This document shows, piece by piece, positions 46,897 through 56,750 of a DNA stretch of 64,000 nt. The stretch lies in assembly GCA_041489255.1 (NCBI GenBank), contig JBGPQV010000009.1, positions 31,896-95,895 on the forward strand, given 5' to 3'. Source of the DNA: Thermoplasmata archaeon (GTDB taxonomy: Archaea > Thermoplasmatota > Thermoplasmata > RBG-16-68-12 > JAFNFQ01). The notes under the pieces are model-generated. The model saw only the letters and a list, made by a program, of their open reading frames with translations. It made no database searches and had not been told where the DNA came from. Both the position numbers and the translations under genes were made by a program. Every line of letters starts with the position of its first letter. Position 1 is the first letter of the stretch.

Positions 46897-48081
46897 TCAT
46901 GCCTCGTCGGATAGCACAAAGGAAGTTAGATCCACAGCTTTGCCCGTTTTACGCCGAAGGATGAGCTTGTCTGCCTCTCTCTCAATGACAACGTGCCACC
47001 ATATTCTACCATCTTTTTCCGTCTTCCAAGACCCTTCGAGGAAGTCGTCGAATTCCTTGAACGGAACCAATACGATGCTCTTGGCAGAACCACAGCCGAA
47101 CGCCACAAAAGCCTCTGCGGACCCCTTGAGAGCCTCGGCGTGATGCGCCTGAAAGCCAAACCAATATCTCTCTTTTCCGGCAACCTTGGACTCACTTGAG
47201 ACTACGCACACAAGTAACATACTCCCATCGGGGGTTCCGTACAGAGTCCGCGACCGCTTGATCAGAGTTCGCTTCAGACGTCTCTGAATCCGAGAGATGC
47301 AGGACTCGCGGAATGCAACTTCCGAGCCAAGGTCAGGCGCGCCCTTTCTTGGCTGCGTTTGCCCAATAGGAGAACCTCCTTCATCTTGTTGGCTCAAGTC
47401 AGTGACGGTGGCGAAAACTAGGTCTACGATCCCGTCAAGACGTGTGAAGTCTTTTGGGGCAAGGACATCCGCAATCTGCTGTAGGATTTTGGGATCCTCT
47501 GTGTCCTCTTTCACCTTCAGAAGGCTGAGGAGTGCTTCCACACTGATTAGCCGAACGTCCCGAGCGTGTCGAGACCCACGTATTTGAGCTTCGAGGTCTC
47601 CCGTGTCATCACGGCCGACTACAATGAGGACTGACGAGGTTTTTTCATCTGCCTGATGCTCCTTGATGAGATCAAGCCTGTATCCTGTAACCGTTTCGAG
47701 ATTAACACGATAAGCATCCGTCGTCTTGACTTCGACTATAATCGAAAAGCCTCTGGACGATCTCCAAAGCCCATCGAAGCCTATCGCGCCTACAACCCCT
47801 CTATATCGCCCCGGCGTCACCGTGAATCCGAGTCGTTGTCCAACCGCATTGATGACGTCTTGTAGAGCGAGTCCGCTACCTTCAAAGCTTCCCGAGAGAC
47901 ATTCCTTTGCATACGCTGCAAGGATATCGGAAGGTATGATCTGCAGAAGAGCTCGGAATTCCGTTGAGGTTTCGCCGCCGTCAACCAGCTTTCCTCCTCC
48001 GCCGGCAAATGAGATTATTTGCTGCACCCTCTTCCCGTCAAAATGCTCTTGAGACTTCTCCCAAAGCTCGACCAGCGTCAA
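46897..48081 (-). CDS. Restriction-endonuclease-like (Mrr/PD-(D/E)XK) protein
   Basis: LGFTV...FDGLW...IIVEVKTTD, plus a C-terminal YWFGF-containing domain. Confidence 0.75.
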   Translation of the reverse strand: MTLVELWEKSQEHFDGKRVQQIISFAGGGGKLVDGGETSTEFRALLQIIPSDILAAYAKECLSGSFEGSGLALQDVINAVGQRLGFTVTPGRYRGVVGAIGFDGLWRSSRGFSIIVEVKTTDAYRVNLETVTGYRLDLIKEHQADEKTSSVLIVVGRDDTGDLEAQIRGSRHARDVRLISVEALLSLLKVKEDTEDPKILQQIADVLAPKDFTRLDGIVDLVFATVTDLSQQDEGGSPIGQTQPRKGAPDLGSEVAFRESCISRIQRRLKRTLIKRSRTLYGTPDGSMLLVCVVSSESKVAGKERYWFGFQAHHAEALKGSAEAFVAFGCGSAKSIVLVPFKEFDDFLEGSWKTEKDGRIWWHVVIEREADKLILRRKTGKAVDLTSFVLSDEA

Positions 48082-49045
48082 CTGTTAATGCCTCCCTTTG
48101 CCTTCAGTTCAAAGCTTGGATTTAGGTATGGGAGATGTACTTAAAGCAGTTTCGTCGGAGCCTTGTTCTGCGATATTTCACTAATCATTTCCATGGGAGG
48201 TTAAGAGTTGATGCTTTCAACTCCCAAAGTCTTCACGGGGGCGGGACACCGTCAAGTTGCTGCCCAGTGAACAGACCATCCATCCTACATCGCTTAGATG
48301 CAGCTTTCCGTGTAGGCAAAAGCCATGTATGAACACGAGCCGTTGCTCTTCGCCTGGCTACGAACGGCTTCATGTGGAAGTGAGTCTTCTCTCAATCAGT
48401 CCCGTGCAATCTCGAGATCAGAACGACCTTTGGTCAGACGTTAGGGGATGCCGTGGGAAGGTTCTGGGAGGTTGCCGCAGAGAAGACGCGCCCTTGCATG
48501 TTTGACATCTTGACAGGACACGCAATATCGGCACGCTCAGGGATCGTGATGGGTACCCCTGTTAAAGGTCGGACAGCCGACCGTCCCCTGCTTCACCCGA
48601 TGGCGTGGAGAGGTTCGAATCCTGCAGACCCGCACCTAGAATCGTTCAAGACCTTCTGACGGGCTCTGTGGTGCCGGGTAGTTTTCCCTTTATTTGGCAC
48701 GAGATTTCCTCGATGCCATGGCCTTTCGGCAGAAACCGCGATCTGGCACCTTGCGCCTCCCCCGCGCCCTCGTCCTGAGCGGTGGGACGGTCTAGGGAGG
48801 AAACCTACCGTCGACCGTGTTCATCATGCGTGTCAAGCAAATCCCGGTGAGAAACCGGGTGTCAAGGATAGGGGTTTCCGACAAGGACTGGGTCTGGGCG
48901 CAGCTTTTTGAACGCCGCGATCCCATTCCACCCCCCAGGTCAAACCCGAGCCAAGACCCGGCAAACGCGAGGTCGCCCAAGGGGATCGCTATGCGTTGGG
49001 AAGGCCGAATCACGACCGCATGGCTATGGGCGTGGATTTATTTAG

Positions 49046-50176
49046 GTGCTGAGTAATTCAAAGAAAGCGGGAGGACTGAGCCGGTTGAGCATCCTCGAGA
49101 ACACGAAGGGGCGTGCGGACCTCGAGCGACGGCTTGAATTCCACTACTGGCTGGAACGCCGCAAGCGGCCTCCTCCGCCGCTTTACCTCTACCCGATCAC
49201 TTTGACAACGGAGGCGGCCGACGTCCTCGAGGACGTCTTCTTGCGCGACCCCAAATTCCATGCGAGAATCGCTAGGCTAGACCCGGAGCTTCAAAGGATT
49301 GACTTTGAGCGACGATGGGGCGGGAAACTAGTCAAGTCTAGCGCTTACCTCCTCTCGAGGAAGAATGGGAATGTCGTTGTTTCCGATGACACAAACCAGA
49401 GTCCCCTGCGAGGACTCATTGAGCGCCTCAATCCGGACCTAGCCACAATCCCTCTCAACTCGAAGGATCTTTTCGACGTTTCCATACGCATTGCCCAGAC
49501 ACTCCCTGACTTCGAAACTGAGGTTTATCGTCTCACTGTGCGCCTTCCCGGACGACAAACCATTCAGGCCTACAATGATGTCACTCGAGATCAAATCCAA
49601 GAGTATTCGGACAAAGGCTACTCGGTCGAAAGGATCAAGACTCGAGTGCGGAACAACTCCGAAAGACTCCTAGATTTTGCTGTAACGAGGAATGGTTTTG
49701 TCGAATTCTTCGAAGGTAAGTTCGATGCCCTTAGCACGATCATTCTGGAGCCTTTGCTGCAGCTGGCGACTGCAAAGCTACGATTCTACAGTAACAGGGG
49801 GAGACAAATGGAAGCTGTAACGCCCGCTATTCGCCCCATCTCCCTAATACAAGTCATGCCGGGTCCGCTGGATCTGAGCATCGCCGCCAAGCTTATCGAA
49901 CGAATCAAGAGGTCTCCCAGAATCTCCTATGCGATAGTACATGCAGGGAATCCAATGTTGCTCGTCCATATTCTGGACGAGCGGGATGGTTCGGGATACG
50001 ACATCGCGGCCGCAGAGGACCGCGTCTTCATCGTCCCCGCCTTGGACACCTCTCCTTCAGCTTTAGTGCGGGCGAGAGAGCTGGTTTACAGGACTTTCAG
50101 GGAAGGGCAAGTGGAGGATTACTACGAGCACAACCTCGAACCAAACCTCGGGTCAATTCCCCTCGCAGGCGTTTGA
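49046..50176 (+). CDS. Hypothetical protein
   Basis: 376-aa ORF, TATA-like ATTTATTTA immediately upstream, HAGNP...DERDGSGYDI motif. Confidence 0.7.
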   Translation: MLSNSKKAGGLSRLSILENTKGRADLERRLEFHYWLERRKRPPPPLYLYPITLTTEAADVLEDVFLRDPKFHARIARLDPELQRIDFERRWGGKLVKSSAYLLSRKNGNVVVSDDTNQSPLRGLIERLNPDLATIPLNSKDLFDVSIRIAQTLPDFETEVYRLTVRLPGRQTIQAYNDVTRDQIQEYSDKGYSVERIKTRVRNNSERLLDFAVTRNGFVEFFEGKFDALSTIILEPLLQLATAKLRFYSNRGRQMEAVTPAIRPISLIQVMPGPLDLSIAAKLIERIKRSPRISYAIVHAGNPMLLVHILDERDGSGYDIAAAEDRVFIVPALDTSPSALVRARELVYRTFREGQVEDYYEHNLEPNLGSIPLAGV

Positions 50177-50213
50177 GGATTGCATTGAACAGGTCAAGCG
50201 CTACGAAGGAACA

Positions 50214-51251
50214 GTGTCAATCGTAGCATCGTTGCTGCGGTTCTTCGGAAATCAACCTTCGCTACTGGCGGAACAGGCTCTCGGCCCTTCCGTGAAGACG
50301 GTTGACCACAGAACGGGTGGCCAACGCGAACTTTACCCTGATTTCCTCGCTAGGTTCGCTAACAGGCACAAGGACGATGCAGTGGTCTTGGATATCAAGT
50401 GGAGCATTCCAAGGAACCGCAGTTCATTGATACAGACATTGACAGAAGTAACGAAATATGGGGGTCCTTTGACTGGATGGCCAAATCCCGACTCTAGCAT
50501 CACTCCAACGGACTTGGTTCTACTCTGCCATGGCGACGACGCGGATCGCGTTCGGGTGGCGCTTGAATCGCTAGTTGCGGACGACGCTAAAGCTTACGGC
50601 TACCTGGCGAGACCTGGATATTCGGTATGGGCCTGGGGCGAAGTGAGAACGAAAGATGGTCGGGAAGTGGTTCGCATTTCCAAGGTGTGGGGGACCGTCA
50701 GCGAGCCACGGATGCGCGCCGCCCTCGCGGATCACGTAGATTTCTTGAAGGCCGAATACTTGGTTGAGCAGGGGATCATAGGGTTCGTAGGCGACGAACC
50801 TCCCATTGCGTACGTCATTCTCTACATCATCAGGGTAATTCAAAGGCATGTGTTCGGACTAAAGTCAGAAAGATCTAAGGTCATTTCCTTGGAAGAACTC
50901 GACGGCGTCTTCTCCCATTTGTTCCCGCCGATCGGAGTTGGAACGGGCCCGCAGCTCCGACAAAGCAAGCTGAAGGAAGCGATGGATATCCTCTCCGAGA
51001 TAGGTCATAGCGTCAAAAGACTGCCAGAGGAGAAAGTAAGGGATTTGAAATTGGATTCAGCAAAGGAATGGTACGCACTTGAGAGAAGGCTTCCCGAAGG
51101 CGATCTCTACAAATGGATTTGCCGCCAACTTGAGCGTATACGCCGAAAAAGGAAGAAGGCCACCAAAGCTGCAGAAAGAAAGCGTGTACTCAGGGTCAGC
51201 GCCAGGCAGAAGCGATACAAGGTCACGAGAGACCAGCGTAAGTGGTTCTGA
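50214..51251 (+). CDS. Putative PD-(D/E)XK nuclease with basic C-terminal tail
   Basis: YPDFL...VVLDIKWS...EVTKY. The true start may lie upstream. Confidence 0.6.
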   Translation: MSIVASLLRFFGNQPSLLAEQALGPSVKTVDHRTGGQRELYPDFLARFANRHKDDAVVLDIKWSIPRNRSSLIQTLTEVTKYGGPLTGWPNPDSSITPTDLVLLCHGDDADRVRVALESLVADDAKAYGYLARPGYSVWAWGEVRTKDGREVVRISKVWGTVSEPRMRAALADHVDFLKAEYLVEQGIIGFVGDEPPIAYVILYIIRVIQRHVFGLKSERSKVISLEELDGVFSHLFPPIGVGTGPQLRQSKLKEAMDILSEIGHSVKRLPEEKVRDLKLDSAKEWYALERRLPEGDLYKWICRQLERIRRKRKKATKAAERKRVLRVSARQKRYKVTRDQRKWF

Positions 51252-51445
51252 TTCAGGGAATCTCGCTTGATGTCGCCTAGCTCGGGTTTGGGTTCCTCTC
51301 TTCTCGTCGCTCATGATGGTGCCTTCGTTGACCGGAGGAGTGGCTCCGCCGCTATGTTCATCTGGCAAGAGATGTGGAGTTCTGGTTCCTGGAGACAGTC
51401 TCTGACAGGTTGACACGATTTAACTGACACTATCACGTGAGTTGC

Positions 51446-52456
51446 ATGAATGCGAACATATGGTGGATAGACGAACAGAGAATATTGGGTAGCAGCAACC
51501 CAACCACACATGATCTAGAGGCTTTGCGTTTCAAGGGGTTCAGCGCGATAATCTCACTGCTTCATGAGAATGGAGAGCGGGTCGATGAAGAGCCCAACTA
51601 CGATGTCGAACTGATCAGGAATTCAGGCTACAAACGATACTCCATCCCGATTCGAGATGGCTCCGCTCCAACTAGAAACGACTTCATCGAGTTTCAAGCG
51701 ATACTGGAACACTCCTTAGAGAGAGGAAAGGTTATTGTCCACTGTGAAGGCGGTCAAGGACGAACCGGCACTATGGGCGCAGCGTACTGGATCGGCAGAG
51801 GTCTCGATGCAGGGGAGGCTGTGAAGAAGGTAAGACGCCACAATCCACGCGCTGTGGAAAGCCCTCTTCAGCACGACTTCATATCCTCACTCGAGGAGAA
51901 CCTCCCGCTCAACTACGAAGCTCTTCGCATGGCGTGGAGACCAAAGGATGATTCGGGTGCGTCGGTCATCCGAATGCTTTGGATTGCGGAATCACCCCCT
52001 ACAAGCGGCGAGTTCTTCTACGAGACGGGAAAGCAAAAGAGCGTTGGATTGTTCGCGGCGACTAGGAAGGCCTTCATAAAAGCAGGGATGTGCGATGCCA
52101 AGATAGAAAATGGGATTTCCGATGTGTTCCTCGATGAGTTTAGTCGGAGCGGATCCTACTTGGTGGATCTATGTCCGTATCCAATTGACAAGCTCAAAGG
52201 CGAGGACCGTCATGCTGCCCGAAGGGAACACACAAAATGGCTCAGTGAGCAGATTGAAGACCTCAAGGTTGAGCGCGGACAGACCCGTGTGATTTGCTTG
52301 ATGAAGTCAATTGAGGAATTTGCCCTTGAGGCGGTCGGGTGTTCCAAGCTGGGGTGGAGGCAACTGGATCTTGTTGCACACTTCCCCGGTAAGTACCAGC
52401 AAGGAACTTATGTTGACGAGATTACTCAATTCCTTTCAGGGTTGAAACGGCTATGA
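51446..52456 (+). CDS. Dual-specificity/tyrosine phosphatase fused to a UDG-like domain
   Basis: IPIRDG and VHCEGGQGRTG (HCX5R), then MLWIAESPP...FFY...LVDL...HFP. Confidence 0.8.
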   Translation: MNANIWWIDEQRILGSSNPTTHDLEALRFKGFSAIISLLHENGERVDEEPNYDVELIRNSGYKRYSIPIRDGSAPTRNDFIEFQAILEHSLERGKVIVHCEGGQGRTGTMGAAYWIGRGLDAGEAVKKVRRHNPRAVESPLQHDFISSLEENLPLNYEALRMAWRPKDDSGASVIRMLWIAESPPTSGEFFYETGKQKSVGLFAATRKAFIKAGMCDAKIENGISDVFLDEFSRSGSYLVDLCPYPIDKLKGEDRHAARREHTKWLSEQIEDLKVERGQTRVICLMKSIEEFALEAVGCSKLGWRQLDLVAHFPGKYQQGTYVDEITQFLSGLKRL

Positions 52457-52492
52457 TCGGGCTGTTGCTGGTTCTCGGCGCCCGATTCGGAA

Positions 52493-53152
52493 TCAAGAGC
52501 CCCGCCATTCACTCTCAAGGAATCCATGCTTCTCTGCATCCCAAGTGAGCACGACGCCACTTGGTATGTCTACTACTGTGCAAGACGCCTCGACATCCTG
52601 CATGTCAGAAATCCGGGCTAGGCTTTTCTGCAATGAGGGTATTGCCCTGCTGATCCACAGCCGAGATCTGGACAGCGTGGTTCTCAGAAAGGCTTCGACG
52701 TGCCTGTGGCCCCGGCCCTCCTGTCTAAGCTTCTCAGCATCTTTGTAGAGTTTGTCACCGAGCAAATCTACTCGTCTCGCCGCATGCCTGTCAGTGAATT
52801 CGACTATCTCTAGGGGGGCAGCATATTTCCCGATGACCTTGAAGCGGTCGCTATCAGCGTTCGCCAGCTGAACGGGACCCAGTAGACAAACATCGAAGCT
52901 CTCACCTTTTCCCAATGTCGTGCCGTATTCCTGGTGAACAAGCATGGTCTTCAATCCTCTAGAGACTTTGGTCTGGAGAAGGGAATCCTCATTCGGCGGT
53001 AGACATGACTGGATCTCTCGTTCCAGTAGGACGCAGAAGTACCAGTGCATATCGTATTCGGAGAAGAACCTGAGGGGGTGTGCTATGAATTCGTCCCGGA
53101 CGCCATCTAGGGCTTTGTGAAAGGCAACACTCAACTTATCCTTGGGCGGCAT
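52493..53152 (-). CDS. Putative restriction-endonuclease-fold protein
   Basis: FFSEYDM, VHQEY, FDVCLL, IVEF and KDAEKL. Confidence 0.6.
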   Translation of the reverse strand: MPPKDKLSVAFHKALDGVRDEFIAHPLRFFSEYDMHWYFCVLLEREIQSCLPPNEDSLLQTKVSRGLKTMLVHQEYGTTLGKGESFDVCLLGPVQLANADSDRFKVIGKYAAPLEIVEFTDRHAARRVDLLGDKLYKDAEKLRQEGRGHRHVEAFLRTTLSRSRLWISRAIPSLQKSLARISDMQDVEASCTVVDIPSGVVLTWDAEKHGFLESEWRGS

Positions 53153-53341
53153 GGCTTGGCAAGAAGAACTCAAGGGATTAATAAGCTGTTCCGCCGAGGG
53201 TCAGAGATTCCTCGTCACCAAGTTTGCTACGCATTCGCATCATCGCCTAGCTTGGCCGGCAACTGTGTAGGGGTCACGAAAGCATTTCCCCGGTAACCTT
53301 TTAAGCCATCATCAGCAATCCACCCTGTGGGAGAGGAATTC

Positions 53342-56320
53342 ATGAAGTCAATCTTGGAGGCATGCAAACCTCGAAAAGAGCTATTCGCTAAGTCCCTGCC
53401 GAAAGACCTGTTCGCAGCCAACCTCTATCAGGTTGTTGAAGGCAACGCACCGGAGATATATTCAGATGCGCGCAAGTTTTTCGAGAACACGTACCCGACT
53501 CAGGGGCTGAAGACTCTTCTGGAGCGGGTTTTCGGGCGCGTCACTGGTGCGAACAAGAATGCAAGTCCGATAATCCGTTTGGAGACTTCGTTCGGTGGCG
53601 GCAAGACCCATTCTCTGATTGCGTTGTACCATATTGCCAAGGAAGGCTCCAAGATTCCGGATCTGGACCGCTTCCTTCCCAAGGAATATCAACCCAAGGT
53701 TCCGGTTCAGTCCGTTGTTCTCTATGGGGCAGCGTATGCCCCAACCGGCACAAGACAGGAAGGCAAGATACGGCCAAAGACTCTATGGGGCGAACTCGCC
53801 CTGCAGGTTGGCGGCGAGAAGAATTATGGACTCATCAAGGAAACAGACGAGCTCAGGTCGGCTCCGGGGACAGCGATTCTCAAGCGTGTTTTAGGGGACA
53901 AACCCACAATTATCCTGCTTGACGAGATTGCTGAATACCTTGTCAAGACATCTGAGGTCAAGACCCTTGCCAAGCAGACCGTTGCATTCCTACAAGAGCT
54001 ATTCGACGTCGCATCCGAGAGAGAGAACCTGGCTGTTGTTCTCGCACTCGCCACAAAGAGCGACGCGTATGGGGAATGGACTGAAGAGGTTCTCTCCATC
54101 ATGAACGAGAGTCAAAATATCACTGTTCGTAATAGTGAATCTCTTACACCAACTGATGAAGGCGAGATCTCTGAAGTGTTGAAAAGACGCCTCTTTGAGA
54201 CTGTTGATGAAAAGGCAGCAGAAGAGACAGCAGCAGCGTACCTAGAGCTCTATAGGGATGAGGAGCGACGCGGGACCGCATTGCCGTTGAAAGCGACGAA
54301 TCCCACCTTCAAAGCCGAATTGGCGAAGTCCTACCCATTCCATCCCGAGCTAATCGACGCATTGAACCGCAAGCTCGGCACGATTCACAGTTTTCAGAGA
54401 ACCCGTGGGGCTCTTCGTCTTCTAGCCCTTACCGTCCGTCGTGTCTGGCAGGAGAAGCAGAAAACTACATTCTTGATGCCTTACCATGTAGATCTGGCGG
54501 AAAAGGACATCCAAGACGAGCTTACTGGTCGGCTAGACAAGGCAGTCTTCCTGCCTGTCATTCAAAATGACATCTACAGCAAGAGAGGCGATGCCAAAGC
54601 TCAAGAGCTGGACAAGGAAGCAGAAGAAGAGGGAAAGCCCCCCATCGCGAGCCGTCTTGCCAAGACGATTTTCCTGAGCAGCCTTGTCTCGGGTCAGCCC
54701 GGTGGAATAGAGGCGGCCAGTCTGAACTTGGCTGTATTGGGTCCCGATGTCAAGCTTGAGCAGATCGAGAAAGCACTCAGCAGCATAGTCGACACGTGCT
54801 GGTACCTCTATGACACAGGCAACAAATACGTTTTCCAGACCGAGTGGAACATCAACAAAGCAATCGCGGAGGAGATTGGGAATGTCGGCGTCACCGAGGC
54901 AAAGGAATACGTCGAGATGCTCATCGAACAACAATACGCCAAGAGATTCTTCGATTTGATAGCCTTCCCGGATGATGGAAGCGATGTTCCAGACGACGCG
55001 CAAAACCCGAAGCTGGTCGTAATTCATTGGGATTCAGGTTGCGTGGAGGATGAGGACGCACCTCCACCCAAGATAGTGACCGAAATCTTTGAGGAGACTG
55101 GCCAAAAGAAGGCGTTCCGGCTCTATCGAAACAACGTTCTCTTTCTGGTGGCCGACGGCGCTCTGACGGCAAGGATGATCGAGGTTGCAAAACGGACCCT
55201 AGCCCTGAGAAACATTCACTCGAATCGCGATCTCACTTCAGGCATTTCGAAAGACCAACGAGACAAGCTTGACCAGAAGTGCAAGGCGAGCCACCTGGAT
55301 GCCGTAGAGGCGATAATCACCGCATATCGGCACCTGTACTACCCGTCAGCATCAGGCAGTATTGAGAGCGGGGGGAAGCTGCCTTTGAGACACTTCGTAC
55401 TCAGCGTCGAGAAAGCGGCAGACGTGCGCAAGGACCAGCAGCCAGTCCTGCTCGAGATCCTCGTCGGGCTAAACAAGGCGCTCAAGCCGGACGACGAACC
55501 GCTTGACCCTGAGTACGTGAAGCACAACGTCTGGAGGGGCGACGAGACCCACCTGTCGACCTTCGAACTCAAGCGCCGTTTCGCACAGAAACCCTCCGTT
55601 CCCATAATCCTCGATCCAGACATGTTCAAGCGGATCGTGCAGAAGGGCGTGGAGAAGGGGGCATGGGTCTATCAGAAGGGGAAGTCCGTGTATGAGAAGG
55701 GCTCGCCCCCCGTGCCAATCCAGCTCGATGAGGATGCATGCCTCTTCACCCCCGCCGAAGCGGAGAAGCGGGGGATCACGGCCTTCTCTGAGGCGCAAAA
55801 GGAGGAAAAGCCCACAGGCAGGTGTCCCCTCTGTCAGCAAGACCCATGCGTTTGCAGCGTCCAGATTCCGGAAGTTCTCGAAGCCGAGGGCGACGTGCAG
55901 CGTGCCTTCAAGTCCCTCACGGACCAAGCAGTTGATAAAATGGTCGACGAGATTGAGGTCCTCGTGCTCACTGTTACGAACGCCAAGGACGCGAAGGCCG
56001 TGGGCCTTCTCATCCCCCGACTTGGCAAAGCGGAGACGAGGATCGAGCAGACGTACGTCGCGCGGGAGGAGGGGGAGACGGAGATTGATCTGACGTACAA
56101 GGGCGACTGGGAGCACTACAAGCGCGTGAGGGAGTTCGTGGAGGGGTTTGACCCGACGATCACGCCCAGCCTCGAAGCCTCGTTCCGCATCTCGTTCCCG
56201 GAGCGTTTGAAGGCAACGCCCGAGGGCATGAAGAAGCTCGTCGACGGCCTGAAGAGCCTCGATGTGGGGAGCCTCTCCCTGCGTGCCTATCCTCCTAAGA
56301 CGCAGAAGAAGAGTGCGTGA
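53342..56320 (+). CDS. DUF499 AAA+ ATPase of a restriction-like system
   Basis: FFENTYPT.GL, TSFGGGKTHSL, ILLDEI, SYPFHPEL, FQRTRGALRL and YRNNVLFL. Confidence 0.92.
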   Translation: MKSILEACKPRKELFAKSLPKDLFAANLYQVVEGNAPEIYSDARKFFENTYPTQGLKTLLERVFGRVTGANKNASPIIRLETSFGGGKTHSLIALYHIAKEGSKIPDLDRFLPKEYQPKVPVQSVVLYGAAYAPTGTRQEGKIRPKTLWGELALQVGGEKNYGLIKETDELRSAPGTAILKRVLGDKPTIILLDEIAEYLVKTSEVKTLAKQTVAFLQELFDVASERENLAVVLALATKSDAYGEWTEEVLSIMNESQNITVRNSESLTPTDEGEISEVLKRRLFETVDEKAAEETAAAYLELYRDEERRGTALPLKATNPTFKAELAKSYPFHPELIDALNRKLGTIHSFQRTRGALRLLALTVRRVWQEKQKTTFLMPYHVDLAEKDIQDELTGRLDKAVFLPVIQNDIYSKRGDAKAQELDKEAEEEGKPPIASRLAKTIFLSSLVSGQPGGIEAASLNLAVLGPDVKLEQIEKALSSIVDTCWYLYDTGNKYVFQTEWNINKAIAEEIGNVGVTEAKEYVEMLIEQQYAKRFFDLIAFPDDGSDVPDDAQNPKLVVIHWDSGCVEDEDAPPPKIVTEIFEETGQKKAFRLYRNNVLFLVADGALTARMIEVAKRTLALRNIHSNRDLTSGISKDQRDKLDQKCKASHLDAVEAIITAYRHLYYPSASGSIESGGKLPLRHFVLSVEKAADVRKDQQPVLLEILVGLNKALKPDDEPLDPEYVKHNVWRGDETHLSTFELKRRFAQKPSVPIILDPDMFKRIVQKGVEKGAWVYQKGKSVYEKGSPPVPIQLDEDACLFTPAEAEKRGITAFSEAQKEEKPTGRCPLCQQDPCVCSVQIPEVLEAEGDVQRAFKSLTDQAVDKMVDEIEVLVLTVTNAKDAKAVGLLIPRLGKAETRIEQTYVAREEGETEIDLTYKGDWEHYKRVREFVEGFDPTITPSLEASFRISFPERLKATPEGMKKLVDGLKSLDVGSLSLRAYPPKTQKKSA

Positions 56321-56321
56321 T

Positions 56322-56750
56322 ATGCAGAAGTTCTTTCTCGAAATGACGAACCGGGGACAGCCGAGGCTGAACCTCTATCAGGTTCCCGCTGCCGTCAATG
56401 ACCCGAAGAAGAGGCTTCCACCCGAGTTGGTGGCTGCGCTATCAGGATGGCAGCTTCGAGTCGCCCAGAATTACGTCACTGCTGCGTTGAAGAGAAGCAA
56501 GCGCAATGTTGGCATCCTCCGCACGCGCACAAGGAGCAAGGCGTCGATTATCGAGGAGGACGGCATCCGTCTCGGCCTCATCTTCAGGGGACTCAAGGAT
56601 CTGAAGGATGTATCGAAGGCCCACGAACTCGTTTCTGGTGTGCACGGCATGAGCCGGGAGGAGGCCTACTACTGGTTCGCCAAGGTTCAGAACGGCTCGC
56701 CGAGCCGGGGCGTCCGCGCCCTTCGCGTGCTCTTGGCTGGGGTGAAGTGA
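56322..56750 (+). CDS. Small accessory protein of the restriction-like system (DUF3780-position gene)
   Basis: EEDGIRLGLIF...MSREEAYYWFAK...RALRVLL, lying between the DUF499 and DUF1156 genes. Confidence 0.75.
   Translation: MQKFFLEMTNRGQPRLNLYQVPAAVNDPKKRLPPELVAALSGWQLRVAQNYVTAALKRSKRNVGILRTRTRSKASIIEEDGIRLGLIFRGLKDLKDVSKAHELVSGVHGMSREEAYYWFAKVQNGSPSRGVRALRVLLAGVK

Noticed and set aside
56447-56749. N-terminal extension of the DUF1156 ORF
   Set aside because: It overlaps the accessory gene; family motifs begin after the coupled GTGA/ATG at 56747-56750
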